From positions 1 through 64,000 of the IMG/VR virus record IMGVR_UViG_3300028833_000108: 64,000 nt of DNA; one strand, 5' to 3'. Positions 8,556-19,010 of the stretch are shown one piece after another. Source of the stretch: a virus (lineage: Duplodnaviria > Caudoviricetes). Position 1 is the first letter of the stretch. Each line of letters starts with the position of its first letter. Both the position numbers and the translations under genes were made by a program. Under the pieces are notes generated by a model. The model was given only the letters and a program-made list of their open reading frames with translations, was not told the DNA's origin and made no database searches.

Positions 8556-10787
8556 TTATTTCAACTTATTACATTCTCCAATAATGGAGAACAAACCGTT
8601 ATTCTCAATATCCAGCTTGTAATCGAATAAGTCTTGGATAATTGCTTCACGGTGGGTGACAGCGAAAATCGTCGGGGTCTGCTTCGCTCTCGTGCGGACA
8701 AGCTCCACCATCTCCCTGAGGGACACATCGTCGGTCGAAACGTCCAAGATTTCGTCAAGGAACAGGCAGTTAATCTTGAAGTTCGCCACTCGGAAGACGA
8801 AGTCGCAGAACGCCATTGCGATAGCGAACGTAACCTTACGCTTCTGACCCTGCGAAAGCATTTCGTAGCAAGGGGCCGCACCATATACGGACTCGAACGT
8901 GTATTCCATGCTCTTGTCGAACACGATGTGGTACGGGAGATTGAAACGACGAAGATTGCTTTCGATTGCCTGGTTGAAGAACGGCACGAACATCTTGATG
9001 ACGTAAGATTTCAAACCGTCGTCCGAGCACATATAGGAAATGTACTTGCAAATAGCAATCTTGTCGGAGAAATTCGTGATTGATGCCATCACACCGTCCA
9101 ATTCATTTTGTAGCTCAACGAGATGGGCTTCGGAGTCCTTCAATGCCTTGTCATCGGTGCTGGTTTCTTCCTTCTGGATTGTAGTCCTCAGCATGGCAAT
9201 CTGGGACGTATTCTCCTGCAATGCGGTAGATGCCTTGTAATACTTTTCCCGTGCATCATTTGATTCAGTGACTGCCGAAGCATTTGCATTAATACAGTTA
9301 GTTAAATCACCCTGCTTTTTAGTCAGTTCACTGATTTCGTTCTGAATCTTCTGAATGTCGTTGCCGAATTTGTAAGCGCTAGCAGTCAGGTTGTTGAGTC
9401 TGGCGTTGGCAGATGCCAACTGACCGTTGGCCGGGCCCCACACCTCGCTCATGAACTTGTTGTATTCCTGAATGGTGGCATTAAGGTCTTCAATCTGCTT
9501 GTCAACAGCATCGTTATAAGCCTGCGTGGACAATTCAGCCAATTCTTTCTTCTTGGCTTCCGCTTCGTTGATAATAGCAACCTGTTCCGCCTTTAGTTTA
9601 CGCCACTGGTTACGGAAAGCTTCCTTGACATGTTCCACGTCAGCTTCGGTAGACGGCTTGCCGCATGTCGGACAAGGAACACCTGGCTTGACAGCAGTCG
9701 CCTGTGCGGTAACTTCCTTCATCTTGGCGTCAAACGTCTGGATTTGTCGGTCGTATGAAACAATGGTAGCATTGAGGGTGTTAATCTTTCCAATCAAGTT
9801 GTTCTTGAACAGGGTCAGCTCACTCAACTTATCCTGAGTTTCCTTGATTTTAAACTCTTCCGAGCGCTTATTGGCATTGTCGAACTGGCCAGTCAAAAAT
9901 CCGACGTTTTGCTTTTCCTTCTCAATATCCCCAAAAAGATTGACACAGGATGACATCTCATTGATTTTAGCCATGACAGTTCTCAATTCAGCCTGAGCGT
10001 CGTTGTACACCTTCACACGACGTTCTACTTCGTCTTGAACCTTCTTTGCTCCCTCAGAAGCCACCAGCAATTCAGGGGTCTTGCTTTCAAGTTCAGACAC
10101 CTGCTTCTTCAAGTCGTCTATCTGGGCATGCTTCTTAGCCTTCAAAGTTGCAATCATGCTGTTCGTATAGGTGATATCCGCCTTGATGCGGTCAACCGAG
10201 TTCTTAGCAAGGTCAAACTGCATGTTGGAATCGCTAAGAACCTTGTTGTTAGCATTCTTCCACTTCTCGGTTGAAAGCGAGATAGTGTTTTCAATGAGCT
10301 TGCGTTTCTTGTCGGCAGGCATTTCAAGCAGAGGGATAGTCTCCTGACTATTCTGTGCTATCGTAGTCTGATACAGAAGGAGCGACGGGCCGAGTACTCG
10401 GTTCTCGAAATCCTGCTGCGACATTCCAGCACGTTTCAGCTGCTCCTTACCGTCAACCCAGATTGTAAAGGTAGTCTTGAGGCTCTTCGCCTTCATGCGG
10501 CGTTCGATATGGTATTCGTGTTTACCAGTACCAGTATCGACATCGAAATCGAGCGTCACTAGCATGTCGGCGTTCTTGTTTTCCGTATTTTTCAAGTCGC
10601 TCTGGTTTCCACCACGGTAGGACTTACCGTAAAGGACATACGTCAGAGCCTCGACAATGGATGATTTTCCATACCCGTTCGGTGCGCTCAGGTAGATGAG
10701 GCCAGGATGGAACTCGACGACATTATCAATGTCGCCGTACGACATGAAATTTCTGAAAATAAGCTTTTTGAACGTAATCTCATGCAT
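8556..10787 (-). CDS. gp46: recombination endonuclease ATPase subunit (gp46/SbcC/Rad50-like)
   Basis: FRNFMSYG, APNGYGKSS Walker A, long coiled coil with CPTCG zinc hook, LSQGQ signature, LFLDEILD, VTH. Confidence 0.92.
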   Translation of the reverse strand: MHEITFKKLIFRNFMSYGDIDNVVEFHPGLIYLSAPNGYGKSSIVEALTYVLYGKSYRGGNQSDLKNTENKNADMLVTLDFDVDTGTGKHEYHIERRMKAKSLKTTFTIWVDGKEQLKRAGMSQQDFENRVLGPSLLLYQTTIAQNSQETIPLLEMPADKKRKLIENTISLSTEKWKNANNKVLSDSNMQFDLAKNSVDRIKADITYTNSMIATLKAKKHAQIDDLKKQVSELESKTPELLVASEGAKKVQDEVERRVKVYNDAQAELRTVMAKINEMSSCVNLFGDIEKEKQNVGFLTGQFDNANKRSEEFKIKETQDKLSELTLFKNNLIGKINTLNATIVSYDRQIQTFDAKMKEVTAQATAVKPGVPCPTCGKPSTEADVEHVKEAFRNQWRKLKAEQVAIINEAEAKKKELAELSTQAYNDAVDKQIEDLNATIQEYNKFMSEVWGPANGQLASANARLNNLTASAYKFGNDIQKIQNEISELTKKQGDLTNCINANASAVTESNDAREKYYKASTALQENTSQIAMLRTTIQKEETSTDDKALKDSEAHLVELQNELDGVMASITNFSDKIAICKYISYMCSDDGLKSYVIKMFVPFFNQAIESNLRRFNLPYHIVFDKSMEYTFESVYGAAPCYEMLSQGQKRKVTFAIAMAFCDFVFRVANFKINCLFLDEILDVSTDDVSLREMVELVRTRAKQTPTIFAVTHREAIIQDLFDYKLDIENNGLFSIIGECNKLK

Positions 10788-10804
10788 AGGACGCTAGACC
10801 CAAA

Positions 10805-11386
10805 TTAGAAGTTAAATGTGATATCGAAGGTGTAACCCGAGGTGAGGTAATCAGCCTTCGGGAGAACTGCGTAGTAGCCAAGGCAAAGGTCAACCTTGCC
10901 GAGCATGTAAACTACGCCAGCATACGGGCCCCAAGAATTGTCCGTATCGACAGTAGAGCCTGCGTAAACAATGAGGTCGGACAATAAAAGATAATCCAGT
11001 TCGGCTCCGAACTGGCTAACCTTCGTATCAGTATCAAAGAGGTATTCACCACCAATGCTGAACTTACCAATGTCCTTATAACCCTGTACAAACGGGCGAA
11101 CACTACTTTCATTCAATTCGACACCGACAGCGGCGACATCATAGATGTCCGTCCTGATAGACATGTTGGAAACCTGACCGTCATACAAGGCGGCAGCGAT
11201 TTCGACGTTACCCTTGATGATGGCACGGACGTTTTCGTAATGGACGGCAGTTTCAGCCTCATGGTCGAACGACACACCAGTACGGAGCTGGGCTACGCCG
11301 CCAGTGGAGGGGTTGAACCAGTCCCAACCCCCAGCAAATGCCATGGAGGTGCAGATAAAAGCGAGGATAAGAATGAGTTTTTTCAT
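10805..11386 (-). CDS. secreted outer-membrane beta-barrel protein
   Basis: Start moved to ATG 11386 (AAGGA SD). Sec signal peptide MKKLILILAFICTSMAFA, alternating amphipathic strands, C-terminal YTFDITFNF beta-signal. Confidence 0.7.
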   Translation of the reverse strand: MKKLILILAFICTSMAFAGGWDWFNPSTGGVAQLRTGVSFDHEAETAVHYENVRAIIKGNVEIAAALYDGQVSNMSIRTDIYDVAAVGVELNESSVRPFVQGYKDIGKFSIGGEYLFDTDTKVSQFGAELDYLLLSDLIVYAGSTVDTDNSWGPYAGVVYMLGKVDLCLGYYAVLPKADYLTSGYTFDITFNF

Positions 11387-11425
11387 GTTGATTTCCTTTT
11401 TTGTGGTTTGTGTATATATGCACAT

Positions 11426-11454
11426 AATATAGAAAATCAACAACAGGTTGTCAA
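11426..11454 (-). promoter_or_regulatory. sigma70-type promoter TTGACA-N17-TATATT (OMP gene)
   Basis: Consensus boxes with a 17-nt spacer. Confidence 0.7.
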
Positions 11455-11456
11455 GC

Positions 11457-12392
11457 TCATTCCAGCAAATTGATTGATTTGGTCAAAGTCCTTAACTTAT
11501 TTTCGTTACAGATGATAGGACTCATGAAGACACGGGTGTTTCCAAACATGACATGTTTCCACGGAAAGGATGACTGGGCGATTGGGAACGGCCTCAACGA
11601 GATGATAACATACGGGTTGTATGCATTCTCCTTGGCAAGGTCAAGAACCTGTATATTCGGGGACAACTGGATGTTCACATAGGCCCCCTGTGCCGAAATG
11701 ACCTTGGCGTAACCAGGGGTTCCATCACTGCGGAGGAGTATTGTCGGCTTGGACTTCGGCTTGGCAAACGATGCGAATAAGGTCGTCGCCTGAGACTGGA
11801 TTATCCTCAGGTAGTTCTCCATGTTGAAATACCCTATCGGGAGTACACTCTTATCTATCAACCCAGCCAGAATATTCACATACCGCCTGATAAGGGGTTC
11901 ATACATCTTTCCGTTATCGTAATCTAATCTACTTAGAAGAACATTGATTGCTTCAACATCTCTTACCTGAGAGCTGGACAACATGATATGGTTTCCAGCG
12001 GCATCGGTTATCGTGTTCATCGTAGCGTAGTTGAGCGCACGGAACGGAGCGAGATACACTTTCTCACCAAGCTTGATACGGGCATTCTCAAAGAAGTTCA
12101 ATCCGTCAAGGATGGTCTTGAACATATCCTTGGTCAAGTTTCCCCTGTGCTTGATGTCCAGTTTTACGGAATCGTTCATAACGTAGTACGACAGATTGCT
12201 GTAACCGTTTATGCGTACCGCTTTCACCTTGGTCCCATTCGCATTGGTGAACTCCATCGGTGAGGTTGTCACATAACTTGCCAACCCTGCTCCGCTTCCT
12301 AATCCCAATGCTTTTGCGACATTAAGGTAATCCTTTGATGCATCGGCAGTATAGATATACTGCGTGTTATCGTTTTTTATCTGAACTATCAT
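11457..12392 (-). CDS. hypothetical protein, probably late/virion (311 aa)
   Basis: Translationally coupled (ATGA overlap) to the upstream gp25-fusion gene. Confidence 0.75.
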   Translation of the reverse strand: MIVQIKNDNTQYIYTADASKDYLNVAKALGLGSGAGLASYVTTSPMEFTNANGTKVKAVRINGYSNLSYYVMNDSVKLDIKHRGNLTKDMFKTILDGLNFFENARIKLGEKVYLAPFRALNYATMNTITDAAGNHIMLSSSQVRDVEAINVLLSRLDYDNGKMYEPLIRRYVNILAGLIDKSVLPIGYFNMENYLRIIQSQATTLFASFAKPKSKPTILLRSDGTPGYAKVISAQGAYVNIQLSPNIQVLDLAKENAYNPYVIISLRPFPIAQSSFPWKHVMFGNTRVFMSPIICNENKLRTLTKSINLLE

Positions 12393-15300
12393 GTACTCTT
12401 CCTGAATGTCAACTCAATCTTTCTTGCAACACCACGAGGCACCTTGATGTAAAGTACGATTACAACCGTGTTGTCCTCGTTGATAGAAACAAAGCTCTTA
12501 TCCTCAACAACGACAGCCCTAGGTTCATATTTGTTGATTAGTTTTACACACTGGTTCAGCAACTTGGACTCGCCATTGAGGTCTCCAATAATCTCGAACA
12601 CGCTTTCTTCCAATGTTGAACCAAACTCGTCATCATACAAGCGTTCACCGAGGTTCGTCAACAGGATGCTGTAAACATTCTGCATTAAGCTGTTTTCATC
12701 AGCAGTGATGGTGAACGATGAATAGGACAAATCCTTGTTGTAGATAGGTTCATAATTCAGGTCAGAGAAACGAGACCGAGAATTCGGTTTCACAATCGAT
12801 GCCTTCCCATCCACATCAAGTTGTTTATCTTGGTCTTCCCTTGATATGATTTCAAACTTGACATCATCCGTCCAGTAACAGGCGTTAGCACCCAAGTTAT
12901 CATCACCTACATATACCTTAAGTTTGATATTAGACATGATTACACCTGGGTTCTTGATGGTAAGCGTCCTCCTGTCTGGCGTTCCAGAGAGAATTACGGC
13001 AGTAACCCATTCGCCGCCCTCGGTGAGCTGGTACTGTACGATATTGTTCATGAAATTCTGGTTAAACAATACGCTGCTTTCAGGAGCAATCATGATGCCG
13101 ATATCCTCGTGTACATCATAAATGTCCTTCGTCAGGATTATAGGAATATCACATTCAGTAACCTTGACATACCTTTCAATAGAAGCCGTCCTGCCACACT
13201 CGTCAGTCGCAGTGTAGGTAATCGTATGAATTCCAGAGTCGTCCCAGTTAGTGTTATCGATAGATATTTCGATGGAGCTCGCTGGCATAGCTTTACCAGT
13301 TCCGTCCTCGGCAAAAACATCCCATGGACTCGGTTCAGTCCAAACTTCACCTTTCTTCCACTTCATATTTTGAGCTTCTGGTGGGTCAAACTTGATGGTC
13401 GGAGCAGTGACTACCGTAACAGTGTTCACATAGTTTGACAATGCAGCAGAAACAGGATAATTCCTCCACTGTACACCAAAGGTCCTAGTAGTAGGTGTAC
13501 CTGGCTGAGCACTCGCTAGCACATTGATTGAAATAGTTGTATTCGAATCCGTACTAGGCCGTGGCTTTACTATCGAGAACGCTGTTGTATTCAGTCGCAG
13601 GTCAAGGAATCCATACTCTTCGCTGTCGAACAAGTTTACACCACGGTATGTCAGAACATCTCCCGTTGCAACACAAGTCTGTTCCTTCTTAAAGACTATT
13701 GGTTCTTGCCAACTATCTTTATTATGAATTTCACCAACGTTCGTGTCGCCAGCCCATACATCAAGTACACCATCGCTCTGACTTAGTTCATCTTCCGTAA
13801 GAACAAGGTCAAAAGTAAAGTAGTACATATCGTGGTCATCTTTCGAAATAGAACTAATCTTTTCTACTGGAATAGTGCCAAACCGTGCGAATATGCCAGC
13901 GTCCCCTGCATTAGATGATATATTTCTGGAAAGCAAGTTAGCTTCGGAATCACTGACCTTGAAGGTCAATGTATGCTTAGTTCCGCTACTGACAACTTTA
14001 TCAAGTTCCAAGTTAAATATAGTATTCCTAATAGTCAAGTTGATAGTAGTACAATTTCCTGCGGCATCATATATATCAAGACCGATACTACGCCGTAGGC
14101 TCATGTTAATCTTGATGAACCTGGCATCGTCATTTCCCAATATATATTCTACAGTACCCATACTAAAATTTTCCAGTAACTCGTCACCTATTTTATAAAT
14201 ATCATTCACATCTGAAATATAGATGTCGAACGGAACACCAGCCAAATGAGACTCTTCCTCCATATAATAGACAGGAGATTCTTCATCAATCTGGAGATAC
14301 AACCTATTGGCATAAGGAAGGGTGTCAACACCGTTATCCTTAACCATGACAGACGTAACTGTGCTATACATGAGTATCGGCCAATCCCCTTCTGACGAAG
14401 GGTTAGACGGAATTATACCACGAATGTAAGCAACATCCTCATCACTAAGAGATACATACTCGGGTTCGTCGGCGGATTCATCTTCTACCCAAGGTAGAGA
14501 AATGTACGCGAATGATAGTTTTATCCATACGTACTCTCCATCTTCTACAGGCTCGGCGCCAATATAATAGTTGACACCATATTTAAGTTTGATTCTAGGT
14601 ATATCGCGACCTGCTCCAGTGAAAATAGGTGCAAATACATATCCTTTAAATAAAGACGGGTACTTGGCATCCGACTTCAATATCTTAAACTCGGTAGCAC
14701 CGTCGTTAGAATCATTACGGACATCGTAGACAGGCATCACACGTTGCAGGTCAAAATCGTCGTTATATTCAAACCGTCTTTCATCAGGATGTCCATCTAC
14801 ACTACCAAGGCGCACCGAAGTTCCTTCTCCTATACCATCTTCCCATCGTATGTGGCCAAGTATGGCTGTGGCGTTTGCACTCAACTGGTTCAGGTTAAAT
14901 CCCTTCAATATCACAGCATTGTCTGGACCTACGTGCATGTAGCGGTCTACTGGACGGTCATGAATACCTTCAACAACCGCCAAGTCGGTAATGATTACAG
15001 GAGTTTCTTTATTAGACTGAACGATTCCGTCGTCATACACCGCACTTAAAGATGTAGAGTTATCTGCCGCTTCATCATGGATTACATCAAATTCCAGAGA
15101 AGCTCCACCATAACCATAACATCCATGAACATCTGGCCCAGTAACTGATAGATTATTCGGTTCGTTCTCAGAATCTGTTGCGGCATACGTAGAAATCATC
15201 CTTGATTTATTCCTGATAATTCCACATTCTCCTGTACCTAAGCGAGCATTCGCTTGTTCATCCACATCCTGATATGTAAAGTATACCTTACGAGCATTAT

Positions 15301-17410
15301 AATCAACTCTATCAACAGTTGCAGTGACCGTGTTGTAATGCTCGGTATTCATAATTTCAATAGTATCACCAGCAGCAAAGAACGGTTTGTCAGAACCCCA
15401 GCTACGAACATACATTATGTTTGATGGGTCAAACAACTTATCTGAAATTGTCGCAGCAAAAACATTGAAAGCCTTATCATCGACAACCTTCTTATTTTCA
15501 GTGATATCGAATGAATCGCACACAAGATACATGTACGTGTTATCAAGTTCAATCTTCGGAGGTTTTCTAATAAATGTCGGCGAGCTAATTGCTATATACG
15601 GCCAGTGACCCTCGTCATCTTCACGGCTAGCCATAATCATAGGGTCGCTCAAATTTAAATTACCCGACGGAGCATTAAGGAAAATCGTCTTTGTGTGTGA
15701 CTGGTCCGTAAACATCTTGGTCGTAAATTCAGGGTCAATGTCAAACTTAATGTATCTATTACTAGCTGTTCTACTAGGTGATTCAACAGAGAACTGGGAC
15801 ATACTTCCTACGACATCGCCTGTCCAAGTTCCTGGGTGTATCGCAGCAATCTCACTGTTCGACAGGTTTTCATCCCAGTTGTCTGTAAAATCAAACACGT
15901 CGATAGTACCGTTGTTTATCGCACCGCCCGCACGCTTACAGTATACAAACAACCTTGATACCATGTTAGGGTCAGATGTCGCAACTCCGTTATAAAATGG
16001 GATAGGAAACTTGATGATAGGTATCATGCTATCCTTAACAAGATGTATTTCAGGGCTACTACCGTTAACGTCGTTTGGACGACATCCATCTGGACTTCCA
16101 TACTGGTCAGAGCCATACCATGTATCTTGACAAGCATAATAGATAGCACTGTCTCTTGAATGGCTCTTTACTTTGGGAGGAGCAATATCAGAATGTTCCA
16201 CATTAAATGCAACATCGGATGAAGGCATACGGGGAGTGTACACCAGAGTTCCTGATGTTATGCCAGACGGGTAAGTTTCTCCATCAACAGGCTTTGCAGT
16301 TATGCTGTTGTTGCTAGCACTTTCAACAACCATGTGAACCTTGCTTGAACCGTTGTACATGAAAGTAACGGTATCTTTCTCAGCAAAATTATGTTTGCAT
16401 GTAATGCCGCTTGGGTCAGTATCAGTAAAGGTAAACACGACCGATGAGCCGCTTTCACTGGCAGACACGCTCTCGTTATACTCATACAACTCCCACTTTT
16501 CCCAGACGAGGTCAGTCCAATCAGAATGGTCATACCCATCTATGTGTTGATAGGTATTCTGGTTTACCTTCATCGGGTTATGATAGGTTTGATACTCAAA
16601 CGAAGTTGTTGTAGGTACGCTAGTGACAATAAAATCTCCCAAATACCTCTCACCCCTTCCAATCCAGTCACCATCATACAAACCAAACAATCTGCCCTGT
16701 GTACCAGTATACTGTGGGACATGAGATATAGACCTACTGTACAATGTAACAGAATCGCCTACTTTCAGACCGTGTGCTTCCTGTGTATCTACACGAACCG
16801 TCTCGACTTGGTACAATTTACTGATGTCGTCATCGCACCCAGGTATTCCACTATCAGGCATGGTATCCAATAGAGTCTGAATATGGCTAACCTCACCTCC
16901 AGCAACTTTGTGTTCAAACGCTATGTTAAGGGGGTTCTTGACATAGTCGTTATTAGTGGGATATCCTATGAATGAGAATGCTGATTCAATATCAAGCTTG
17001 GTGAACAAACCGTTATCACCTACGAATGGTGCGGTAATCCAAGCCTGCGAATTGGGATAGTTCAACATCTCATTAAACGTGCGGTTAACATCAAACCGCA
17101 CGATAAGTTCGGTATTGAACTGGCTATTGCCATCATCCAGCTTTGGTGGCCTATTCGGAGTAGTCCAGTCGTTGTATGACCCAGTTAGAGGAGTAGTCTG
17201 AGTGCCATCATATACCATCAATCCCTGATTTGCTGTAATCGTGGAATTAGGTGCGTTTGCTGTTAGAAAATGGCGAAGACGATAGCCTTGAATGGAAGCA
17301 TTGGCATCATCACCAGTTGCCTGAAAACGGTAATTCTCCTTGTAATGCTGGTCCTTATTTTCAATATTTTGCTCTGTTGTAAGCAACCGTATATATAGAT
17401 TTATCGCCAT
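12389..17410 (-). CDS. gp25: giant baseplate protein with C-terminal gp25 (GPW/gp25) domain and N-terminal beta-rich/Ig-like modules
   Basis: C-terminal ILLTNLGERLYDDEFGS..FE..INKYEPR gp25 motif; Ig-like APTIKF..GIHTITYTATDECG..IERYVKV; HGLKVGDSV-type modules; late promoter upstream. Confidence 0.8.
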   Translation of the reverse strand: MAINLYIRLLTTEQNIENKDQHYKENYRFQATGDDANASIQGYRLRHFLTANAPNSTITANQGLMVYDGTQTTPLTGSYNDWTTPNRPPKLDDGNSQFNTELIVRFDVNRTFNEMLNYPNSQAWITAPFVGDNGLFTKLDIESAFSFIGYPTNNDYVKNPLNIAFEHKVAGGEVSHIQTLLDTMPDSGIPGCDDDISKLYQVETVRVDTQEAHGLKVGDSVTLYSRSISHVPQYTGTQGRLFGLYDGDWIGRGERYLGDFIVTSVPTTTSFEYQTYHNPMKVNQNTYQHIDGYDHSDWTDLVWEKWELYEYNESVSASESGSSVVFTFTDTDPSGITCKHNFAEKDTVTFMYNGSSKVHMVVESASNNSITAKPVDGETYPSGITSGTLVYTPRMPSSDVAFNVEHSDIAPPKVKSHSRDSAIYYACQDTWYGSDQYGSPDGCRPNDVNGSSPEIHLVKDSMIPIIKFPIPFYNGVATSDPNMVSRLFVYCKRAGGAINNGTIDVFDFTDNWDENLSNSEIAAIHPGTWTGDVVGSMSQFSVESPSRTASNRYIKFDIDPEFTTKMFTDQSHTKTIFLNAPSGNLNLSDPMIMASREDDEGHWPYIAISSPTFIRKPPKIELDNTYMYLVCDSFDITENKKVVDDKAFNVFAATISDKLFDPSNIMYVRSWGSDKPFFAAGDTIEIMNTEHYNTVTATVDRVDYNARKVYFTYQDVDEQANARLGTGECGIIRNKSRMISTYAATDSENEPNNLSVTGPDVHGCYGYGGASLEFDVIHDEAADNSTSLSAVYDDGIVQSNKETPVIITDLAVVEGIHDRPVDRYMHVGPDNAVILKGFNLNQLSANATAILGHIRWEDGIGEGTSVRLGSVDGHPDERRFEYNDDFDLQRVMPVYDVRNDSNDGATEFKILKSDAKYPSLFKGYVFAPIFTGAGRDIPRIKLKYGVNYYIGAEPVEDGEYVWIKLSFAYISLPWVEDESADEPEYVSLSDEDVAYIRGIIPSNPSSEGDWPILMYSTVTSVMVKDNGVDTLPYANRLYLQIDEESPVYYMEEESHLAGVPFDIYISDVNDIYKIGDELLENFSMGTVEYILGNDDARFIKINMSLRRSIGLDIYDAAGNCTTINLTIRNTIFNLELDKVVSSGTKHTLTFKVSDSEANLLSRNISSNAGDAGIFARFGTIPVEKISSISKDDHDMYYFTFDLVLTEDELSQSDGVLDVWAGDTNVGEIHNKDSWQEPIVFKKEQTCVATGDVLTYRGVNLFDSEEYGFLDLRLNTTAFSIVKPRPSTDSNTTISINVLASAQPGTPTTRTFGVQWRNYPVSAALSNYVNTVTVVTAPTIKFDPPEAQNMKWKKGEVWTEPSPWDVFAEDGTGKAMPASSIEISIDNTNWDDSGIHTITYTATDECGRTASIERYVKVTECDIPIILTKDIYDVHEDIGIMIAPESSVLFNQNFMNNIVQYQLTEGGEWVTAVILSGTPDRRTLTIKNPGVIMSNIKLKVYVGDDNLGANACYWTDDVKFEIISREDQDKQLDVDGKASIVKPNSRSRFSDLNYEPIYNKDLSYSSFTITADENSLMQNVYSILLTNLGERLYDDEFGSTLEESVFEIIGDLNGESKLLNQCVKLINKYEPRAVVVEDKSFVSINEDNTVVIVLYIKVPRGVARKIELTFRKST

Positions 17411-17432
17411 AATTCACCATTTTAATCAAAAA

Positions 17433-17441
17433 TAGTTTATA
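17433..17441 (-). promoter_or_regulatory. late promoter TATAAACTA
   Basis: Exact motif 22 nt upstream of the gp25-fusion gene. Confidence 0.75.
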
Positions 17442-17450
17442 ATCGCGGCA

Positions 17451-18341
17451 CTAAATCGTTTCGCTTACAACATTGTCTTCTTCCTGTTCAAAAAGCTTAT
17501 TTTTCCGCAGATGCATGATGATATGCTCGCCAAGGGCATTGGTCATGTCGGTCAGGTCGTTCTCGATTAACTCTACTGGGAAATCTTCGACAATTTTAGC
17601 GGCTTTCTTGAAGAATTTAGGCGAATTATTCGTCCATACGGTATACATGAACCCGTCAGAGCCACACTTTACCGCCACTTCACGAATTGAGGCATTTCCG
17701 CCAATTCCGACAAGGTAAATGTCCTGATTGGAATTGTCATAGTCAACAATCGTCTGGTTGGCGGCGTTGTTGTAGTTCTTGTCCCTCTGCAAGGAGTCCA
17801 TTTCAGCCCCAGTCAGGGCATAGACCTCGACATATCCTCCCTCAGGAAGTTCGAGTTCCCTAACAGGTTCAATCTCGTTCTGGATGAGCAGCGTGTTCAG
17901 CATGGCTGCATCAAACTGGTTGCTTTCCAACAAGTTGCCTGCCGTCGCCTGCTGCAACGCTTCATCAATATAGTCCAGCGAGTCGATAACACCGAGGTGG
18001 TAAACGTGGGCGTTGTTATAGGAGAGCATCTCCGTTATCAACGAACCGCCACCCGCATCACTATCGATAGTATCAAGCGACTTTCCATACAGACGGAAAG
18101 CAGTAGAGAAGATGAGTGGAACACCGTTGATTACGGTAAAGTACAACGGTTCCAGGCTGTACTCTGGGTTATCCTCACCACCGCCACATGTGATGAAGAA
18201 GGGAACTATCTTGTTGTTAGCCTCTCCAGAATCATACAACTCGTCGAGCTGTTCGGCGAAGTTCTCCACCATCGTAGATGTCGTGTTCTCGTCCTCGTGG
18301 ACATAGAAATCCGACATCATTATGTAGAAATCCGACATCAT
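17451..18341 (-). CDS. acidic hypothetical protein (296 aa)
   Basis: Long ORF; the N-terminus MMSDFYI/MMSDFYV is duplicated. Confidence 0.75.
   Translation of the reverse strand: MMSDFYIMMSDFYVHEDENTTSTMVENFAEQLDELYDSGEANNKIVPFFITCGGGEDNPEYSLEPLYFTVINGVPLIFSTAFRLYGKSLDTIDSDAGGGSLITEMLSYNNAHVYHLGVIDSLDYIDEALQQATAGNLLESNQFDAAMLNTLLIQNEIEPVRELELPEGGYVEVYALTGAEMDSLQRDKNYNNAANQTIVDYDNSNQDIYLVGIGGNASIREVAVKCGSDGFMYTVWTNNSPKFFKKAAKIVEDFPVELIENDLTDMTNALGEHIIMHLRKNKLFEQEEDNVVSETI
18304..18341. repeat. 21-bp-period tandem duplication (17-nt exact core TAGAAATCCGACATCAT)
   Basis: Copies at 18304-18320 and 18325-18341. Confidence 0.9.
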
Positions 18342-18342
18342 A

Positions 18343-18678
18343 CTAGATAAGCTTCTTCAATGCGGAGGTGATGCGTTCAACGTATGCAGGGTCTGCATTC
18401 TTGTTGGATTCAAGTTCGGCAACGAAGTCCTCGATGCCCTTCTTGATGACAGCAGGAACATCGTCATCGGTGTAGGACTTGACGAAATCATCCTTGACTT
18501 CAACCAGCTTTCCGAGCTCGATGACTGCACCAGCCTTCTTGAGTTCGTCCATGGTCGGCACGAACTTGTCGTTAAATTCGTCGATGACGAGACGGATTGG
18601 AATGGTGCAACGGATTAGGTTGATGTAACGTCCGATTGCAACTCTGTCGCTAATGGTCAAATCAATAGTCTTGCTCAT
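18343..18678 (-). CDS. hypothetical protein (111 aa)
   Basis: ORF with an AGGGA SD and an extended -10-like AAAATGTATTTT upstream. Confidence 0.75.
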   Translation of the reverse strand: MSKTIDLTISDRVAIGRYINLIRCTIPIRLVIDEFNDKFVPTMDELKKAGAVIELGKLVEVKDDFVKSYTDDDVPAVIKKGIEDFVAELESNKNADPAYVERITSALKKLI

Positions 18679-18751
18679 GTTAATCCCTGTAAAATATAGG
18701 TACTTACGTCTTTAAAATACATTTTTCATGCGGCATTACGCAATCATAGGG

Positions 18752-18760
18752 TATAAACTA
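18752..18760 (+). promoter_or_regulatory. late promoter TATAAACTA
   Basis: Exact motif upstream of the small ORF and portal gene. Confidence 0.75.
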
Positions 18761-18791
18761 TTGGTAAAATACCAAAAATATACTTTAATCT

Positions 18792-19004
18792 GTGAATATG
18801 GGTGAACTGTATAGATATAACGGCCTTCCAGTCTTTCAAGTGGACTTGTGCGATTTCCGTACGATAGTCGATGCGGAAGTAAACAATCGGCGACTGTTGT
18901 CTAAGAACATCCTGAACGAAGCATTGAAAGAGTTCTACAAATCGGAACGAAAGCCAATCTTCTACGTGATGTTCCAAGGAATCAGATTCAAGTATCCCAG
19001 GTAG
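18792..19004 (+). CDS. small hypothetical late protein
   Basis: ORF between the late promoter and the portal gene. Confidence 0.55.
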   Translation: MNMGELYRYNGLPVFQVDLCDFRTIVDAEVNNRRLLSKNILNEALKEFYKSERKPIFYVMFQGIRFKYPR

Positions 19005-19010
19005 GAACAT

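Noticed and set aside
8556-10787. gp46 without an adjacent gp47 nuclease
   Set aside because: Gene order is generally shuffled in this phage and gp47 may lie outside the window; not evidence of loss
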